From the NCBI RefSeq assembly GCF_009914755.1, contig NC_060928.1: a stretch of 64,000 bases of DNA; one strand, written 5' to 3'. The position numbers and the translations under genes were made by a program. The notes under the pieces are model-generated. The model did not search any database. It saw only the letters and a list, made by a program, of their open reading frames with translations, and was not told where the DNA came from. Positions 1-41,087 of this stretch are shown here, in pieces. The first letter of the stretch is position 1; each line of letters opens with the position of its first letter. This DNA comes from the human T2T-CHM13v2.0 reference genome, Homo sapiens.

Positions 1-559
1 GATCTAGAACTAGAAATACCATTTGACCCAGCCATCCCATTACTGGGTATATACCCAAAGGATTATAAATCATGCTACATAAAGACACATGCACACAGTA
101 TGTTTATTTGTGGCACTATTCACAATAGCAAAGACTTGGAACCAACCCAAATGACCATCAATGATAGACTGAATTAAGAAAATGTGGCATGTATACACCA
201 TGGAATACTATGCAGCCATAAAAAAGGATGAGTTCATGCCCTTTGCAGGGACATGGATGAAGCTGGAAATCATCATTCTAAGCAAACTGTCACAAAGACA
301 GAAAACCAAACACCACATGTTCTCACTCATAGGTGGGAGTTGAACAATGAGAACACATGGACACAGGGCAGGGAACATCACACACTGGGGCCTGTGGAGG
401 GGTTGGGGCTGGGGGAGGGTTAGCATTAGGAGAAATACCTAATGTAAATGATGAGTTGATGGGTGCAGCAAACCAACATGACACATGTATACCTATGTAA
501 CAAACCTTCACATTGTGCACACATACCCTAGAACTTAAAGTATTAAAAAAAAAAAAAAG
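1..559 (+). mobile_element. L1PA (about L1PA7) 3' end with poly(A) tail
   Basis: ORF2 C-terminus (…SLIGGS), G-rich 3'UTR, then gaacttaaagtatt and an A tail. Confidence 0.92.
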
Positions 560-1000
560 ATTTGTGGGAGAACAACATGGAAAATGTTAATGATATCTTT
601 TCATTCATATATTTATAAATATGTGAATATTATAAATAGGAATATTTATAAAGTTTAGAAATACATAAGACTAGAAGAATATATACATAAATGTTATAAA
701 TGATTACCTCTGAGTGGTAAGAATAAAAAGGTGATAGTTGGCTCCTTTATAGTTTCCTGCATTTTCAAATTTTCTATGAAAACTGTATTACTCTTTTAAA
801 AAGCAGAATAAAATATTGGCTTTGAAATATCTGGTTTGCAATGAGTATGTTCTTACCTAAAAGAAGAAGTAAGTAACCTTTCAATGTCCTTTCTTTCTAA
901 AACTTCATTCTCAGTGAGGTTTAGAAATAAGACTTCATTATTAGGCAGAGGGCCAAGCACAGTTACCTAAACCAGGAGGTAACAATCTTGTGTTAGTTTT

Positions 1001-1359
<359 letters not shown>

Positions 1360-1824
1360 TAAATATAATTTATTCTTTCAGATTTTATTGACTAAGCATG
1401 CTGTTAATCAGAGGCCAAAGTCAAAGTCCTAAGAATCCACTTAAGAAGAATGTTAGAGACCAGAGGAATCTAAGAGTCCTTGTGTTATAACTCTCTCTTT
1501 TGACCAGATGAAGAAAACAAATCAGAAATGTTAACAGCATAGCCTGGCCAACCCAGTTAGATTTGGACAGAGGTCCCCATGTGGTTTCCACGATGATTTC
1601 TGCATAGTAAATGGAAGTAAATGAGGAAGAAATAAGGAACAGAGAATTCAGCAACGCTTTGGCGTACACAAAAATAAAATGTCAGGAATCAGTAACAATT
1701 GTGGCCAGGCTAACTAAAGTGACTAACTGTTCCTGTGGGTACCCACCTCACAATAGATTCATCTCATAAATTAAACCTGCTAAGTCTTCTTACTTCACCA
1801 TGTCTTTTTCGCCAAGATACTGGC

Positions 1825-2260
1825 TTTTTTAAAAAAATTGTTTTACTGAGGTATAATTTACCTATAGTGAAATGCACAGTTAAGTTTTGACAAGTGCATA
1901 CATCCAAGTAACCAACACTTCAGTCAAGATATAGAACATTTCTACCACCCTAGAAAAAATTTTCAATTTCCCTTTCCAAACAATCCACCCTGTTCTAATG
2001 TCTATCACCATAGGTTCACTTTGTTTGTTCCAGACTTCATATAAATGCAGCTATTTAGTATGTATTCTTGTGCCTGGCTTTTTCACTTGGCATGTTTTTT
2101 GATATTTATCCACACTGTAGAGTGTGTCATAACTGATTGATTTTTATTGTGGTGTAGTGAGCTATCAAATAAGTATACCATAGTTTCCCCTTCCCCTGCC
2201 CCCCTCTTTTGTTGAAGGACATCTGGATTGTGTTCATTTTGGTGTTAAATAAAAAATGTG
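1825..2260 (-). mobile_element. Old L1M (L1ME/MC-like) 3' fragment
   Basis: tgaggtataatttacctatagtgaaatgcaca...ttttgacaagtgcata, typical of an antisense L1M 3'UTR. Confidence 0.7.
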
Positions 2261-3443
2261 TCCTAATCCTGGCACCACCTTGACCAAATAAAGGGATGTT
2301 TTCGGAATTGGATTTTGTGACTTTTGAGATTCTGCCTTACACTGTTTTAGATTTTTTTCAGGGGCCTTTCTCCCGTCATCTCTTCTCCAAGTAAATCATA
2401 CATAATACATGCAAGTGGAGAGGAATGAAGTAATACTGAAGATAGGCACGTTTATTTATTCATTATACAAGACATAAAGGCTAAATATAGGAAACAATAT
2501 CCTGGCAAGTCTCACATTCTAATATTGGAAAAAGCTGGTAAATCTGCAAGGTGTGAATAAGAGGCAGCAATAGTGACAACCTATTAAGTTTAAACTATTA
2601 TCAAGAACCCAGTGATAACTATTATAATTACAGCTTTTATGTATTGAGTACTAGTTGCTAGACATTGTGCTATTATTTAATTATTATTATTTAATTATTT
2701 TATTTAATCCCTATGCTTGGTATAGGTATATTTATCATCCCAATTTCAGTTCAGGAACATGGAGGCTCAGAGAGTACATAAACACATATATAGAAGACAC
2801 TCAACGGAATATATATGAAGCAAATCATAAGAACTTAAAGGGAACAAAGGTGTTAATTTTTAAATGGCCAGTGGAGTTGTGCAACTAAATAGTGCTAATA
2901 ACATTTCTACTTTCTCTTTTCATTAGCATTTTGCAAACCCTTCTTAAGCCATGCACTCTCTCTGTTCATGCTCATTGATTCTGGATGGGTGTCGTGTGTG
3001 GTGGCATTTACCTCCCAGAGAATTACAAACCAACTGAACAATTGTAGTTTTACAAATAGAGTAATTTAATACCACTCTTTATAACAAAATAAGTACTCAG
3101 CTATTTTGGATATACTGTGACCAACAATTCCGGCCAAAATCCATGTCGAACAAGGATATAGGTAGGAAAGTGGGTGGTTTAAAATTATCTTTAGGGTCTC
3201 AATAAAAATGATTTTTTCCCATAATCCTCTATCTTTCTTACCACTTCTGCCCACCCAAAAGATCTCTTAGTATTCTCTTCCTTTACTGCTTCTGCTATTA
3301 TTTTTTTACCTATATAAAATAAGAGAGATGAAGCAGAAAGTATTCCTTTATGTGGCAAAATCGCCCTGAATGTAATTTGGGGAAATTCATCCTTAAGGAG
3401 CACTGAATGAGCTGTGTGGTTTCATGTTTAAAATAGTGCATCC

Positions 3444-4135
<692 letters not shown>

Positions 4136-5559
4136 GAGGAGAGGCTGAATTCAGCCCAGATTTCCTATCTGCCCCGCACAGCTATTAACCTAGTGAAAAT
4201 GAGAGATTTAGGAAAACACTACACGTGCAGTTACATCCTGTACAATATAAAAGGGTGGCTGTTGGAGTTGTTAAATTAGTCACAGCTTCAACTATTTTAA
4301 AATCATTTATGAATTTAAATTGCTTGTATGGGATGATGTATATAGTGGCTACTGTTTCAGAGAGCAAAGCCCTAGAATCAGATGACATCCAGAATGTCAT
4401 GTTGAAGATCGTATCTGCAAACAAGTAGTTTAAATTTTTAAAAACTTCTCTTAATTCAAAAATTCAAAAAAAATGAGAAAAGTAATCTCACAAGTAGTGG
4501 TTAATTATAGAAGATGAGAGGTGTGGAGGTTTTTTTTTTTTGTTTGGGGTGCATAAGCTTAAAATAACATGAAAAGCATGTCAAAAAGAATATGAGAACA
4601 GAGTGGACTTGAAATTTAACATATCCTACTGGCATCACTTGTTTATAGAAAAATAAAATGGATCATGTATTTATTTGAGGACTCACTATGCTTTCTTTGA
4701 TCACATTTTTATAGGTACAGCGTGGTGTTCAAACTTTTAATGTATGGAGAAAAATGAAACGGCTAGAAAAATGGCCCAGTACAGACAATTCTATGCTCAA
4801 TCCAACTTGAACAGAAACTACAGGATTTGGCCTAAACAAGACTGAAAGGGAAGCCCTTATCAGGAAAGCCATTATCTGAGAAGATAAAATAAAGTAATAC
4901 TTTGTTTTTAAAGTATTATACAATTCATATCTAATATTTCAACCTCAGCCTTTCAAGTGTTGTCTAACACCAATAATAATATTGCCACCCCTCCCTCAAC
5001 CGGTTATCTTCTTTTCATATTTCTAGCTACTTAAATCCACCAAGCAAATTCTGGTTTCGCTATTTCTGGATTTAAGTACATTTTCTAATGCACCCAGGCC
5101 ACACGCAGGAATGGACACAGCTTTCGCTCTCCGCATAAGTTTTCTAGCCCAGGGCAAGCTCTCAGAACGTGACTCCTCGTGCCTCGCTGCCCGCCCCTCG
5201 CTCCCCCCACTCCCGCCATCATCCCTTCCGCAGAGTTGGCTGCCAAGCCGACACCCACAGATTCTGCATTCCACGGCTTCCCAGCATCCTGCTGTCTCTG
5301 CGTGGAGGAAAGGGTGCTGCGAATCCCAGTTTAGATAAGGAACCCCGTCTTTTCACTACTACACCGAAGCATGCAGGAATAGGGCGTTGACCCCATTCTC
5401 CCAGCTCAGGGCACAGGTGCTAAGGCCGACCCATCTCACGGGCCTGTTCACCAGTTTCCCACACTCAGTACAGATCCTAACACGGTTTATGCACTTCATA
5501 ACCATGCGTTTGTGTTTGTCAACTGACAAACGAGTGATAATGACAAACGAATGACACAA

Positions 5560-24747
<19,188 letters not shown>

Positions 24748-25804
24748 AGAGCATCTCCAAGAAGAGATGGTAAAAAGGTATATAAATACATATCCTTCTA
24801 AGCAGATTCTTCCTACTGCAAAGGACAGTGAATCCAGCAACTCAGTGGATCCAAGCTGGGCTCAGAGGTCGGAAGGAGGGTAGAGCACACTGGGAGGTTT
24901 CATCTTGGAGGATTCCTCAGCAGGATACTTCAGCCATTTTAGTAATGCAGGTCTGTGATTTGGGGGATAGAAAACAAAGTACCTATGAAACGGGATATCT
25001 GGATTTTACTTGCAGTGGCTTCCACCGATGGGCCAATCTTCTCATTTCTTAGTGCCTCAGACATCCCATATGTAAAATGAGAGTAATAAAACTTGGCTTC
25101 TCTCTACCTCTCAGCACTAATGATGGTCAAATGCCTTACATCTTTTCTGATATCTCTAAAATGCTGTTAAGTTCTGGAGAAGAACTTCAGGAGAAGAAGA
25201 TCTATCAGCTGGCTTTTAAAGACCTATGACAACATGAAAGTGGTGTTCAGCCTGGAATGCTTTGTCAGAGATGGGTGTGGATTTAGGTTATACTGGGGGA
25301 GAACTTTTCTCAGCACAGATTCTATGCCAGCTTCTTTGGGCTTGTTCTGTCACTATCTTTTTGTTTATGATTTTAGTTTTTACTTTTTGTAGATGTGGGA
25401 TGAAGTGGACTCTGTCGTGTATATTGAGGAAAAAAGAAATTATAATTTTAAAAAATCCCTTGTAGGATTATTATCTAAATTTATATGTCTAACTTCTACT
25501 ACAACTACAGGAACAGTGAGCCTTGCTACTTCTTTAGTAGCTTCTTGGCAGAATTCCTTTCTACTGAGTTATTTGCAAAGATGCAGCTCTACCTTTTTAC
25601 TTAAGGCCTGAATGGTGAGCATGGGGATTTTGATACTGGGACTCATCAGGAAAGGATTCTGCTTTCAAACTATACTGAACATTCCTGTCCTAGCGTCCCT
25701 GCCACCAGGCCCAATGCATCTGATCCTTGAATATACTCTCAAAGAATTCACTCTCTTTTTATTAAGAGAACTAAATTGTTTCTAAATGTAGATGGTCCCT
25801 CTGG

Positions 25805-25995
25805 AAAAGCAGTTTTCAGCAGGGGTGGTAACCCCTTCAGAGGGAGTTTGGAAATGTGTGGGTATGATTCTTGGTTATCATAATGATGGGGGTGCTACTG
25901 GCCTTCTGCTGCCATGGGACCAGGATGCTAAATGTCAAGGTAGTCCTATACAGTGAAGAATTGTCCTGCTCAAGATGCCAGGATTTCCCCCAGTG
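25805..25995. mobile_element. MER20-like hAT remnant in the 3'UTR
   Basis: tttggaaatgtgtggg...ggggtgctactggc...ccaggatgctaaatgtc...gaagaattgtcctgc. Confidence 0.7.
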
Positions 25996-27766
25996 AGAAC
26001 ATGCTCTAAGGAATGACCACCCCTTTCTTTTATTCTCCCACAGTGCTCCATGTACAGAAGTAAGCATAGCAGTCATATGAGCAACCACATTCCTGAACCT
26101 TTCCTCATGCTGGCTCTACACTTAATCCTTTACTTGTATGTTTCTGTAATTCTTACATAAATTCTATTAAGAGGGTGGCATACTGTAGTGGATGAAGCTG
26201 AGGCTTATAGTAGGTAAGGCACAAAGTTAAAAAGTAACATCACTGGGTTTCAAACCTACTGGTCTCTGTGACTAAAGAACACTTTCAGAACCACTTCTTG
26301 ATTCTGCCACCACTTGATCCCATAACAGGCTACCCCTTGGCCTCATGCTGGAGTTGTGTGTGTCTGTCTTCATCCCAGGCTGAGCTCCTTGAGGTGAGGA
26401 TGTTGTGCTGTTTGCCTCCCTCACAGTGCCTTGGTCTTAGTGGATGCCCAGTTGTCTTGTGAATGACTTTTAAGAAGTGTACTTAAGAGAAAAATCCTAC
26501 CTTATTTGAATAATTACAAGTCATGTTTTTGTTGCTTAAAGGTGATAAATCAGTGTATATTATTTGTTAATGTCCATTAAAGCCAGTTTTTAAAAAAATC
26601 ACTGGACTTTTGTGTTTACCATTTAAAACAACCATTTTAAACAAACTTAGAACGATGCCTTAGCTGTTTATAGGTAACAGAATGTAAACTCCCACCACCT
26701 GGAGACTAGGCCATATCCAGGGACCTCACACTGACTTTCCTAAAGGAGAGAAGCAGCTACGCTGTTCATACTGATAGAGAAGAGGGCAAGAAAAGATCCA
26801 GAGTGGCTGTTACTTTGAAAATTAAACGAAAGATGAAATTCTGAACTTAAAACACTTCTGTTTGGCCTTCTATAACTGATCACCCTTCTTTGCTCTGTTT
26901 TCCAGATAAATGGAGACACCAGATCTCCCTAACCTCTGACTTCTGCCGTTAGCCATACTCTGTGTAGTTAGATCTCAGTCTGGGAATGGCATTCCAGGGC
27001 AATTGTGAACATGAGGCTAGATTTTTCCTTTGATTTAGCACATTCCTAGGCAGACTTTTGCAAGCTCAAAAAATGAAAATAATATCTGCTTAACCAAAAC
27101 ATAATCATAGGAAGAAGAAAAATTTTAAAATGATTGATTTTTGACTCTACATTCTTTATCTACCATACTGCTCTTTTCCTTTTTAGAAATATTACTAAGC
27201 ACTTTCCGTATAGATAAATGAAATACAGGCTAATCTTTAGGTGTCTTAGGAATTTTTGCTTTTTGAAAAAGAAAAGCTAATAGCCTAACTGCAGAGGAAC
27301 TGAGTGGATGGGGTAGCTGCTGTATAGATTTTTAGATGAGATGATACAGTGTGGATTACACTGTACCTTGGGCGGGAGAGTTTGTTCTTGATATGGAATT
27401 CATATGCTTTTGAATTGCACTAATAACTCAGCATTAACAAGTATATTACTCCTTAAATTATACATGCATTTTCAATATTCCTAACCAAATAGTTTATAGC
27501 TTATTGAGAAGAAGTCTGTTCTTGGAGAGATGTTGAAATTAGATGTTTATTAAACTTTAAAATATAATGCCTTAAGCTGTGGCACTTTAAAAACATCTTT
27601 ATATATAAATTGCTAAAAGGACTGTTAATGCTTTTCTCAGACACATTGGCATTTTACAATTTTGCACATGGTTTATTTGAAATCAAAAAATAACTATACT
27701 TTGTTTTATAAGTCTACCTAATATCTCATTTTTGATTCTCATCGTTAGCACAGTTTTGTTGCTTTT

Positions 27767-27772
27767 ATTAAA
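27767..27772 (+). terminator. Likely distal poly(A) signal of CYP2U1 (ATTAAA)
   Basis: ATTAAA with U-rich upstream and GU/U-rich downstream sequence. Confidence 0.55.
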
Positions 27773-28769
27773 CTATTTTAACTGAGAAAGTGTCATGTCT
27801 GTTTTTTGTTTTGATTTAATTGCTATGCAAAATTTTGTTTTACCAGATGTCAAGTTAATGTAAAAAGAAAAGAAAATAGGCCTCCAAAGACAGATGTCCA
27901 CAATAGAATGTAAGCATGGTCCTTAGAAACAAGGGTAATTCTTTAAAACTTTCCCCATGGAGTGAAGTTCCTTAGAGGACTGCATCACCACCCAGGTGTC
28001 TTATATTCCCTGTAGAAGCCCAGCATGAGTTGAGTTGAGAGGAGATGGGCCCACATGAGCCTGCTGTGGCCAAGTATTGAGTGCTGGTCTCACACTTCCC
28101 AGCTCAGGAAAAAGAGCTTTTTCATACTTGAACCATATTTTGCCTGTGGAGGGACCCCCTGCCAGCTTTTTCCACAGCCTACTCTTCTTCCTGAAGTCAC
28201 AGCTCAGACAGCATCTCCTCAGAGAGGTCACCCACCATGACATCCAAAGTGGCCTTTCCTGAGAACTCCCTAATCTCATCACCCAATTTCCTCCAGAGCC
28301 CTCATCACTAACTGCAACTACCTTGTTTATTTAAACCTTCTGTTTCTATCCTCTCTCTCATCTCCACTCCATGAGGATGTCAGGGACTGACTATATCTGA
28401 TAACTTACCAAGAGTGGATGCCTTATGCAGAGCAGGCATCAGTAAATATGTTGGGCAAATGAAGAATTAAGTGAGTTTGATGGAAGGTGATTATTTGACC
28501 CTTTAGGCTACAGAGGTGATGATACAGGCAAACCTGTCATTGTTTTCTGTCTGCTGCCTCAGTGACTGTGGCTTGTGCCACCAGAGTATGAGTTCTGGTG
28601 AAATAACAGTAGTGAAACAAGGGGAACACCAAATAATGTGGCACCCTCAAATCTACTTCGGTTTTGCTGCACTGTTTTTAGAAACCAAATTCATTTAAGT
28701 AGGGTATTTGTTCATTAGTAAATAATTTGGTATTATCATCATTGAAATGATATACTTTTATATTATTTT

Positions 28770-28917
28770 ATTTATTTTTTTTGAGACAGGGTCTCACTCT
28801 GTTGCCCAGGCTAGGGTGCAGTGGCATGATCACGGCTCACTGCAGGCTGAAGTGATCCTCCCACCTCAGCCTCCTAAGTACCTAGGACTACAGGTGTGTG
28901 CCACCATGCCTGGCTAA
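28770..28917 (-). mobile_element. AluJ/FRAM right-arm fragment
   Basis: gagacagggtctcactctgttgcccaggc...ccaccatgcctggctaa. Confidence 0.85.
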
Positions 28918-29366
28918 GATATTTCATATTCTTATCAGTTCTTCCCTTTGTATGAGGGTCAAATAATCAGTTTTTGTTAAGGGAAAAGGCTAATTATCCA
29001 TAAGACTCTCAGTGGATTGCTCAGCAAAATCCCTGCAGCCAAGGATAGAGTAGGATGATGTATTCAAAATTCTAAAAGAAAAAAACTGCCAAACAAGAAT
29101 ATTGCATTGGGCAAAAATAGCCTTTAAAAATAAAGGATAAAGTCATCCCAAGACAAATGAAACTGAGGGAATCTGTTTGTTACCACTAGACCTGTCTTAT
29201 AAGAAATACTTAAGGAAATTCTTCAAATTAAAATGAAAACATGTTAAATAGCAACATGAAAACATAAATCTCACTGGTAAAAGAAAATATACAGGGAAAT
29301 ATAGAATAATGTAACACTATAATAGTACATAAATTACTTTTTACCCTAATATAAAAGTTAAAAGAT

Positions 29367-29645
29367 GGCTGGGCCCAGTGGCTCACACCTGTAATACCAG
29401 CACTTTGGGAGGCTGAGGCAGGCAGATCATGAGGTCAGGAAATTAAGACCATCCTGGCCAACATGGTGAAACCCCATCTCTACTAAAAATACCAAAATTA
29501 GCTGGGCATGGTGGCACATGCCTGTAATCCCAGCTACTTGGGAGGCTGAGGCAGGAGAATCGCTTAAACCAAGGGAGTTGGAGGTTGCAGTGAGCTGAGA
29601 TCACGCCACTGCACTCCAGCCTGGTGACAGAGCAAGACTTTGTCT

Positions 29646-29676
<31 letters not shown>
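29367..29676 (+). mobile_element. AluS with (AC)n tail
   Basis: Sense Alu dimer; CA repeat at 29649-29676. Confidence 0.95.
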
Positions 29677-29679
<3 letters not shown>

Positions 29680-31052
29680 TGTTAATGGATACACACTATA
29701 AAGATAATTAAACACTGAATTCAAGGACACAAAGGTTGGGGAGAATGGCGTTTTTGTATGAGATTGAAGTTAGTATCAGCTTGAAATAGACAGTTGTAAC
29801 TATAAGATGCTTTATGCAAGCCCAAAACATAATCAAATCACAAGGGAAGACAGAAAGAGAGGGAGAAATGAATACAGAGCAACAAAATAACCAGAAACAG
29901 TTATCAGACTGGCAATAGTAAGCCTTTACCTATTGATAATTACTTTAACTGTACATAGACTTAACCTCCCCAGTCAAAAGACATAGAGTAACTGAATGGA
30001 TTTAAAAAGAAGATTCAACTGTATGTTGTCTACAAGAGACTCACTTCAGATTTAAGGACACACATAGGCTGAAAGTGAAGCAATGGAAAAAGATATTCCA
30101 TGCATATGTTAATTAAAAGAGAGCAAGGATGGCTATACTCATGCCAGATGAAATAGACTTTAAGTAAAAAACTGTAACTAGAGACAAAAAAGACCATTAT
30201 ATAATGATGAAAGGGCCAACTGAACAAGAAGATACAATTATAAATATATACACATCCAACATCAGTGTACCTAGATATATAAAAGCAAATATTGATCTAT
30301 CTAAAGAGAGAAATGGACAGTAATACAATAACAGTAGGAGACTTCAACACCCTGCTTTCAATAATGGATACAACATCTGCACAGAAAATCAATTAAAATA
30401 AAAACAGGTGACTTGAACAACACTATGGACCAGATGGACCTAACAGACAACTATAGAACTTTCCATCCAACAGAAGAATATACATTCTTCTCATGTGTAC
30501 ACAAAACATTCTCCAGGATAGATCATACATTGAGTAACAAAACAAGTCTTAACAAATGTAAAAAAAATGGAAATCATACCAAACATCTTTTCTAACCACA
30601 ATGGAATGAAACTAGAAATCAAAAACGGTAAGAAAATGAAAAAATTCACAAATATGGGAAAACAAAACAATACACTCTAATAAAGATTGGGTCAAAGAAG
30701 AAATCAAAGGGAAATTCAAGAAATATCTTTGGACAAATAAAAACCTAAACACAACATACTAAAATGTAGGGGATGCAGTAAAAGCTGTGTTATGAGAGGA
30801 GTTTATAGTGATAAATGCATACGTTAAAGGAGAAAGATCTCAAATAAACAGCCTGACTTTATACCTCAAGAGACCAGGCAGAACAAACCAAACTAAGCTC
30901 AAAGTTAGTGGAGGAAAGGAAATAATAAAGATTACAGCAGAAATAAATAGAAAATAGAAAAGCAATAGAAAAATCAACAAAACCAAGAGTTGATTTTTTA
31001 GAAAGATAAAATCAACAAACCCTCAACTAAACTAAGAAAAAAAAGAAGACAA

Positions 31053-37156
<6,104 letters not shown>

Positions 37157-38082
37157 AAAAAAAAGACAAATCAGAAATAAGAAAGAAGACATTACAATGG
37201 ATGACTCAGAAATTAAAAGGTTATAAGAGACAACTTATGAACAACTATACAGCAACAAATTGGATAACCTAGAAGAAACAGAAAATCCCTAGTAACATAC
37301 AACCTGCCAAAACTAAATTAAGAAGAAATTAAATTCTGAAAATAAATAAGAACATTGAATCAGTAATCAAATACCTCCTAACAAAGAAAAGCCCAGGACC
37401 ATGGCTTTTTCTAACATTCAGAGAAGAACTAATACCAATCCCTCTTAAACTCCTTAAAAAATAGAATAGGGAACACGTTCATACTCACTTTAAAGGCCAG
37501 CATCACCCCAATACGAAAGCCAAAGATATCAAAAGAAAAGAAAACCATAGGCCAACATCACTGATGAACATAGCCATAAAAATCCTCAATGTAATACCAG
37601 CAAACCAAATTCAACAGCATATTTAAAAGATCATACACCACGAACAAGTGGGATTTATCTCTGGAATGCAAGAATGGTTCAGTATATGCAAATCAATCAA
37701 TGCCATATACTACATTAACAGAATGACATGTAAAAAACCACATGATCATCTTAATAGATAACAGAAAAAGCATTTGACAAAATTTGACATCCTTTCATGA
37801 TAAAAAACTTTCAACAATATAGGTATAGAAGGAACATACCTCAACACAGTAAAAGCCATATATGTAAAGGTCACAGCTAACGTCATAATCAATGGAGAAA
37901 AACTGAAAGCTTTTCCTCTAAGATCTGATACAAGGAAGGGATGCCCACTTTTACCACTATTATCAATATAATGTTGGAAAACCTAACCAAAACAACTAGA
38001 CAGAAAAAAGAAATAAAAAGGCATCCAAGTTGAAGAGGAAGAAATAAAATTATCTCTGCAGATGACAAGATTATTTACACAT

Positions 38083-38442
<360 letters not shown>

Positions 38443-38833
38443 TTAGCAAATTCAATAAAGTTGCAAGATATAAAATCAACATAAAAAATTCAGCAGTGTT
38501 TCTATACACTAACAATAAATTATCCAAAAAGGAAATAGGCAAACATTCCCATATATAATAGCAGCAAAAAGAATAAAATACATAGAAATAAACTTAAAGA
38601 GGGGAAAGACTTGTACACTCAAAAGTACAAAACAATGATGAAGGAAATTAAAGAAGATTAGATAAATGGAAGGACATCCCATGTTTGTGAATTAGTGTTT
38701 ATACTATCCAAAATGATCTACAGATTCAATGCAATCCCTAACAAATTTCAAACAGCACTCCCTACACACGCATAGAGAAAAACAATTCATGTGGAACTTC
38801 AAAAGACCCCAAACAGCCAAAGCAATCTTGCTT

Positions 38834-38835
<2 letters not shown>

Positions 38836-38867
<32 letters not shown>

Positions 38868-39068
38868 CAGGGTCTTGCTCTGTCACCCAGGTTGGAGTGT
38901 GGTGGCGCAAACATGGCTCACTCCAGCCTTGGGGCTCAAGTGATCCTTCCCCCCCACCCCCCCACCCCCCTGAATAGCTGGAACTACAGATGCACATTAC
39001 CACACCCAGCTAATTTTTGTATTTTGTGTGTGTGTGTAGAGATGGAGATTTGACATGTTGCCCAGGTT
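38836..39068 (-). mobile_element. 5'-truncated AluJ
   Basis: Antisense Alu; TSD AAAGCAATCTTG. Confidence 0.9.
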
Positions 39069-40172
39069 GAAAGCAATCTTGAGAAAGAATAATAAAGCTG
39101 GCGACATCACACTTCCTGATTTCAAAAGATATTTCAAAGCTACAGTAACCTAAGTGCGATGGTACTGACATAAAAACAGACATATAGATTAACGGAACAG
39201 AATAGAGAGCCCATAAATAAATCCATGCATTCACAGTCAATCTTCACTAGAGTGCCAAGAGCACACAATGGTGAAAGGATAGTCTCTTCAATAACTAATG
39301 TTGGGAAAACTGGATATTCACAGGCAAAAGAATGAAATTAGACCCTCATCTGACACCATAAACAAAAATAAACTCAAAATGGATTAAAAACTTAAACATA
39401 AGACTCAGAACCGTAAAACTACTAGAAGAAAGCATAGGGAAAAAGCTTTCTGACATTTGTCTTGGCAATAATATGTTTGAATAAGATAGCAAGAGTACAG
39501 GCAACAAAAGCAAAAATAGACAAGTAGAATCACATCAAATTAAAAAACTGCTGCCCAGCAAAGAAAAAAAAATCACAGAGTTAAATAACAACCTATGGAA
39601 TGGGAGAAAATATTTGTAAACCATATATCTTACAAGGAGTTAATATCCAAAATATATAAGGAACTCACACGAGTCAATAGCAAAAGCAAATAATCCAATT
39701 ATAAAATGGGCAAAGGACCTAAATAGGCATTTCTAGAAAGAAGATATACAAATGGCCAACAGGTATATGTAATGGTGCTCAACATCACTAATCATCAGGG
39801 AAATGCAGATGAAAACCCAATGAAACATCACCTCATAACTATCAGGATGGCTATTAATCAAAAAGACAAGAGATTAAAAGTGTTGACAAAGATGCAGGAA
39901 AAAGGGAACCCTTGTACAGTGTTCATGAGAATTTATATTGGGACAGCCTTTATCAAAAACAGTATACAGGGTCCTCAAAAAATAAAAAATAGAACGACCA
40001 TATTATCTAGCAATCCCTCTTTTGGGATATACCCACAGAAATGGAAATCAAGATTAAGATCTTGAAGATTTATCTGCACTCCCATGTTCACTGCAGCATT
40101 ATTCACAACAGCTAAGATATGAAAAGAGTGTAAGTATCCACTGATGGATGAATGGATAAAAGAAAATGTGGT

Positions 40173-40174
<2 letters not shown>

Positions 40175-40213
<39 letters not shown>
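40175..40213. repeat. (CA)n microsatellite
   Basis: About 19 CA units. Confidence 0.97.
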
Positions 40214-40215
<2 letters not shown>

Positions 40216-41087
40216 GGAATATTATTCAGCCTCAGGAAAGAATGAAATTTTGCCATTTGCAACAACATGGATGAACCTGGAGGATATTATGCTAAATGAA
40301 ATAAGGCAGACACAGAAAAACAAATACTGCTTGATCCCATTGATGTGTGAAACCTAAAATAGTCGCACTCATAGAATTATAAAGCGAATGGTGGTTGCCA
40401 GGGGCAGTAGGGAGGGAGAAACGGTAATGCTGGTCAAAGGATAAAAAGTTTCAATATGCAGGATGAATACGTTCTACAGATCTAATGTACAGCCTGGTGG
40501 CTATGATTAACAATATTCCTTACTTGAAATTTTCTAAGAAGTAGATCTTAAATGTTTTTGCCACAAAAAAAGATAATAATAAAAGAAGAAAAAGAAAATG
40601 GTAACTTTGTGAGGTGATAGATATGTTAATTGGTTTGATTGTGAAGACCATTTCACAATGTATACATACATCAAAACATCAAGTTGTATACCTTAAATAT
40701 GTACAGTTTTTATCCATCAATGTTCTTCAATAAGGCTGTTTAAAGAAAAAAAGAAAAAATCCAACTCTTAAAAAAATAATAGAATCAATCAGAAAACTAA
40801 AACAGCATACACTTAATGACATAAAAATAGAAAACTCTTGTATTCCAAAAAACGGCTGGCAAATCATGAAAAAATGTTTGTATCAGCCTTGCCAAAAATT
40901 CAATATCCTTAATATATAAAGTGCTTATAAGTCAGTGCTTATAAATCCATATATACTATAATATATAGTATCTTTAATATTTTCATATACTATAGCATAG
41001 TATTTCTTCTAGTGAACTGTAAGTGCTATAATTCAGTAGTAGAATACCCTAATTTTAAAAACAGGCAAAAGATACAAATTATTGTGT

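Larger units (their letters stand above)
24748..27795 (+). other. CYP2U1: CYP2U1 3'UTR (3' end approximate)
   Basis: Follows the stop codon. Candidate poly(A) signals are AATAAA 25085 and ATTAAA 26576, 27549 and 27767; the last is followed by a GU/U-rich element (gtgtcatgtctgttttttgttttg). Confidence 0.6.

Noticed and set aside
38945-38970. C-run expansion (C7AC7AC6) inside a truncated AluJ
   Set aside because: Low-complexity slippage inside nested repeats with no supporting context.
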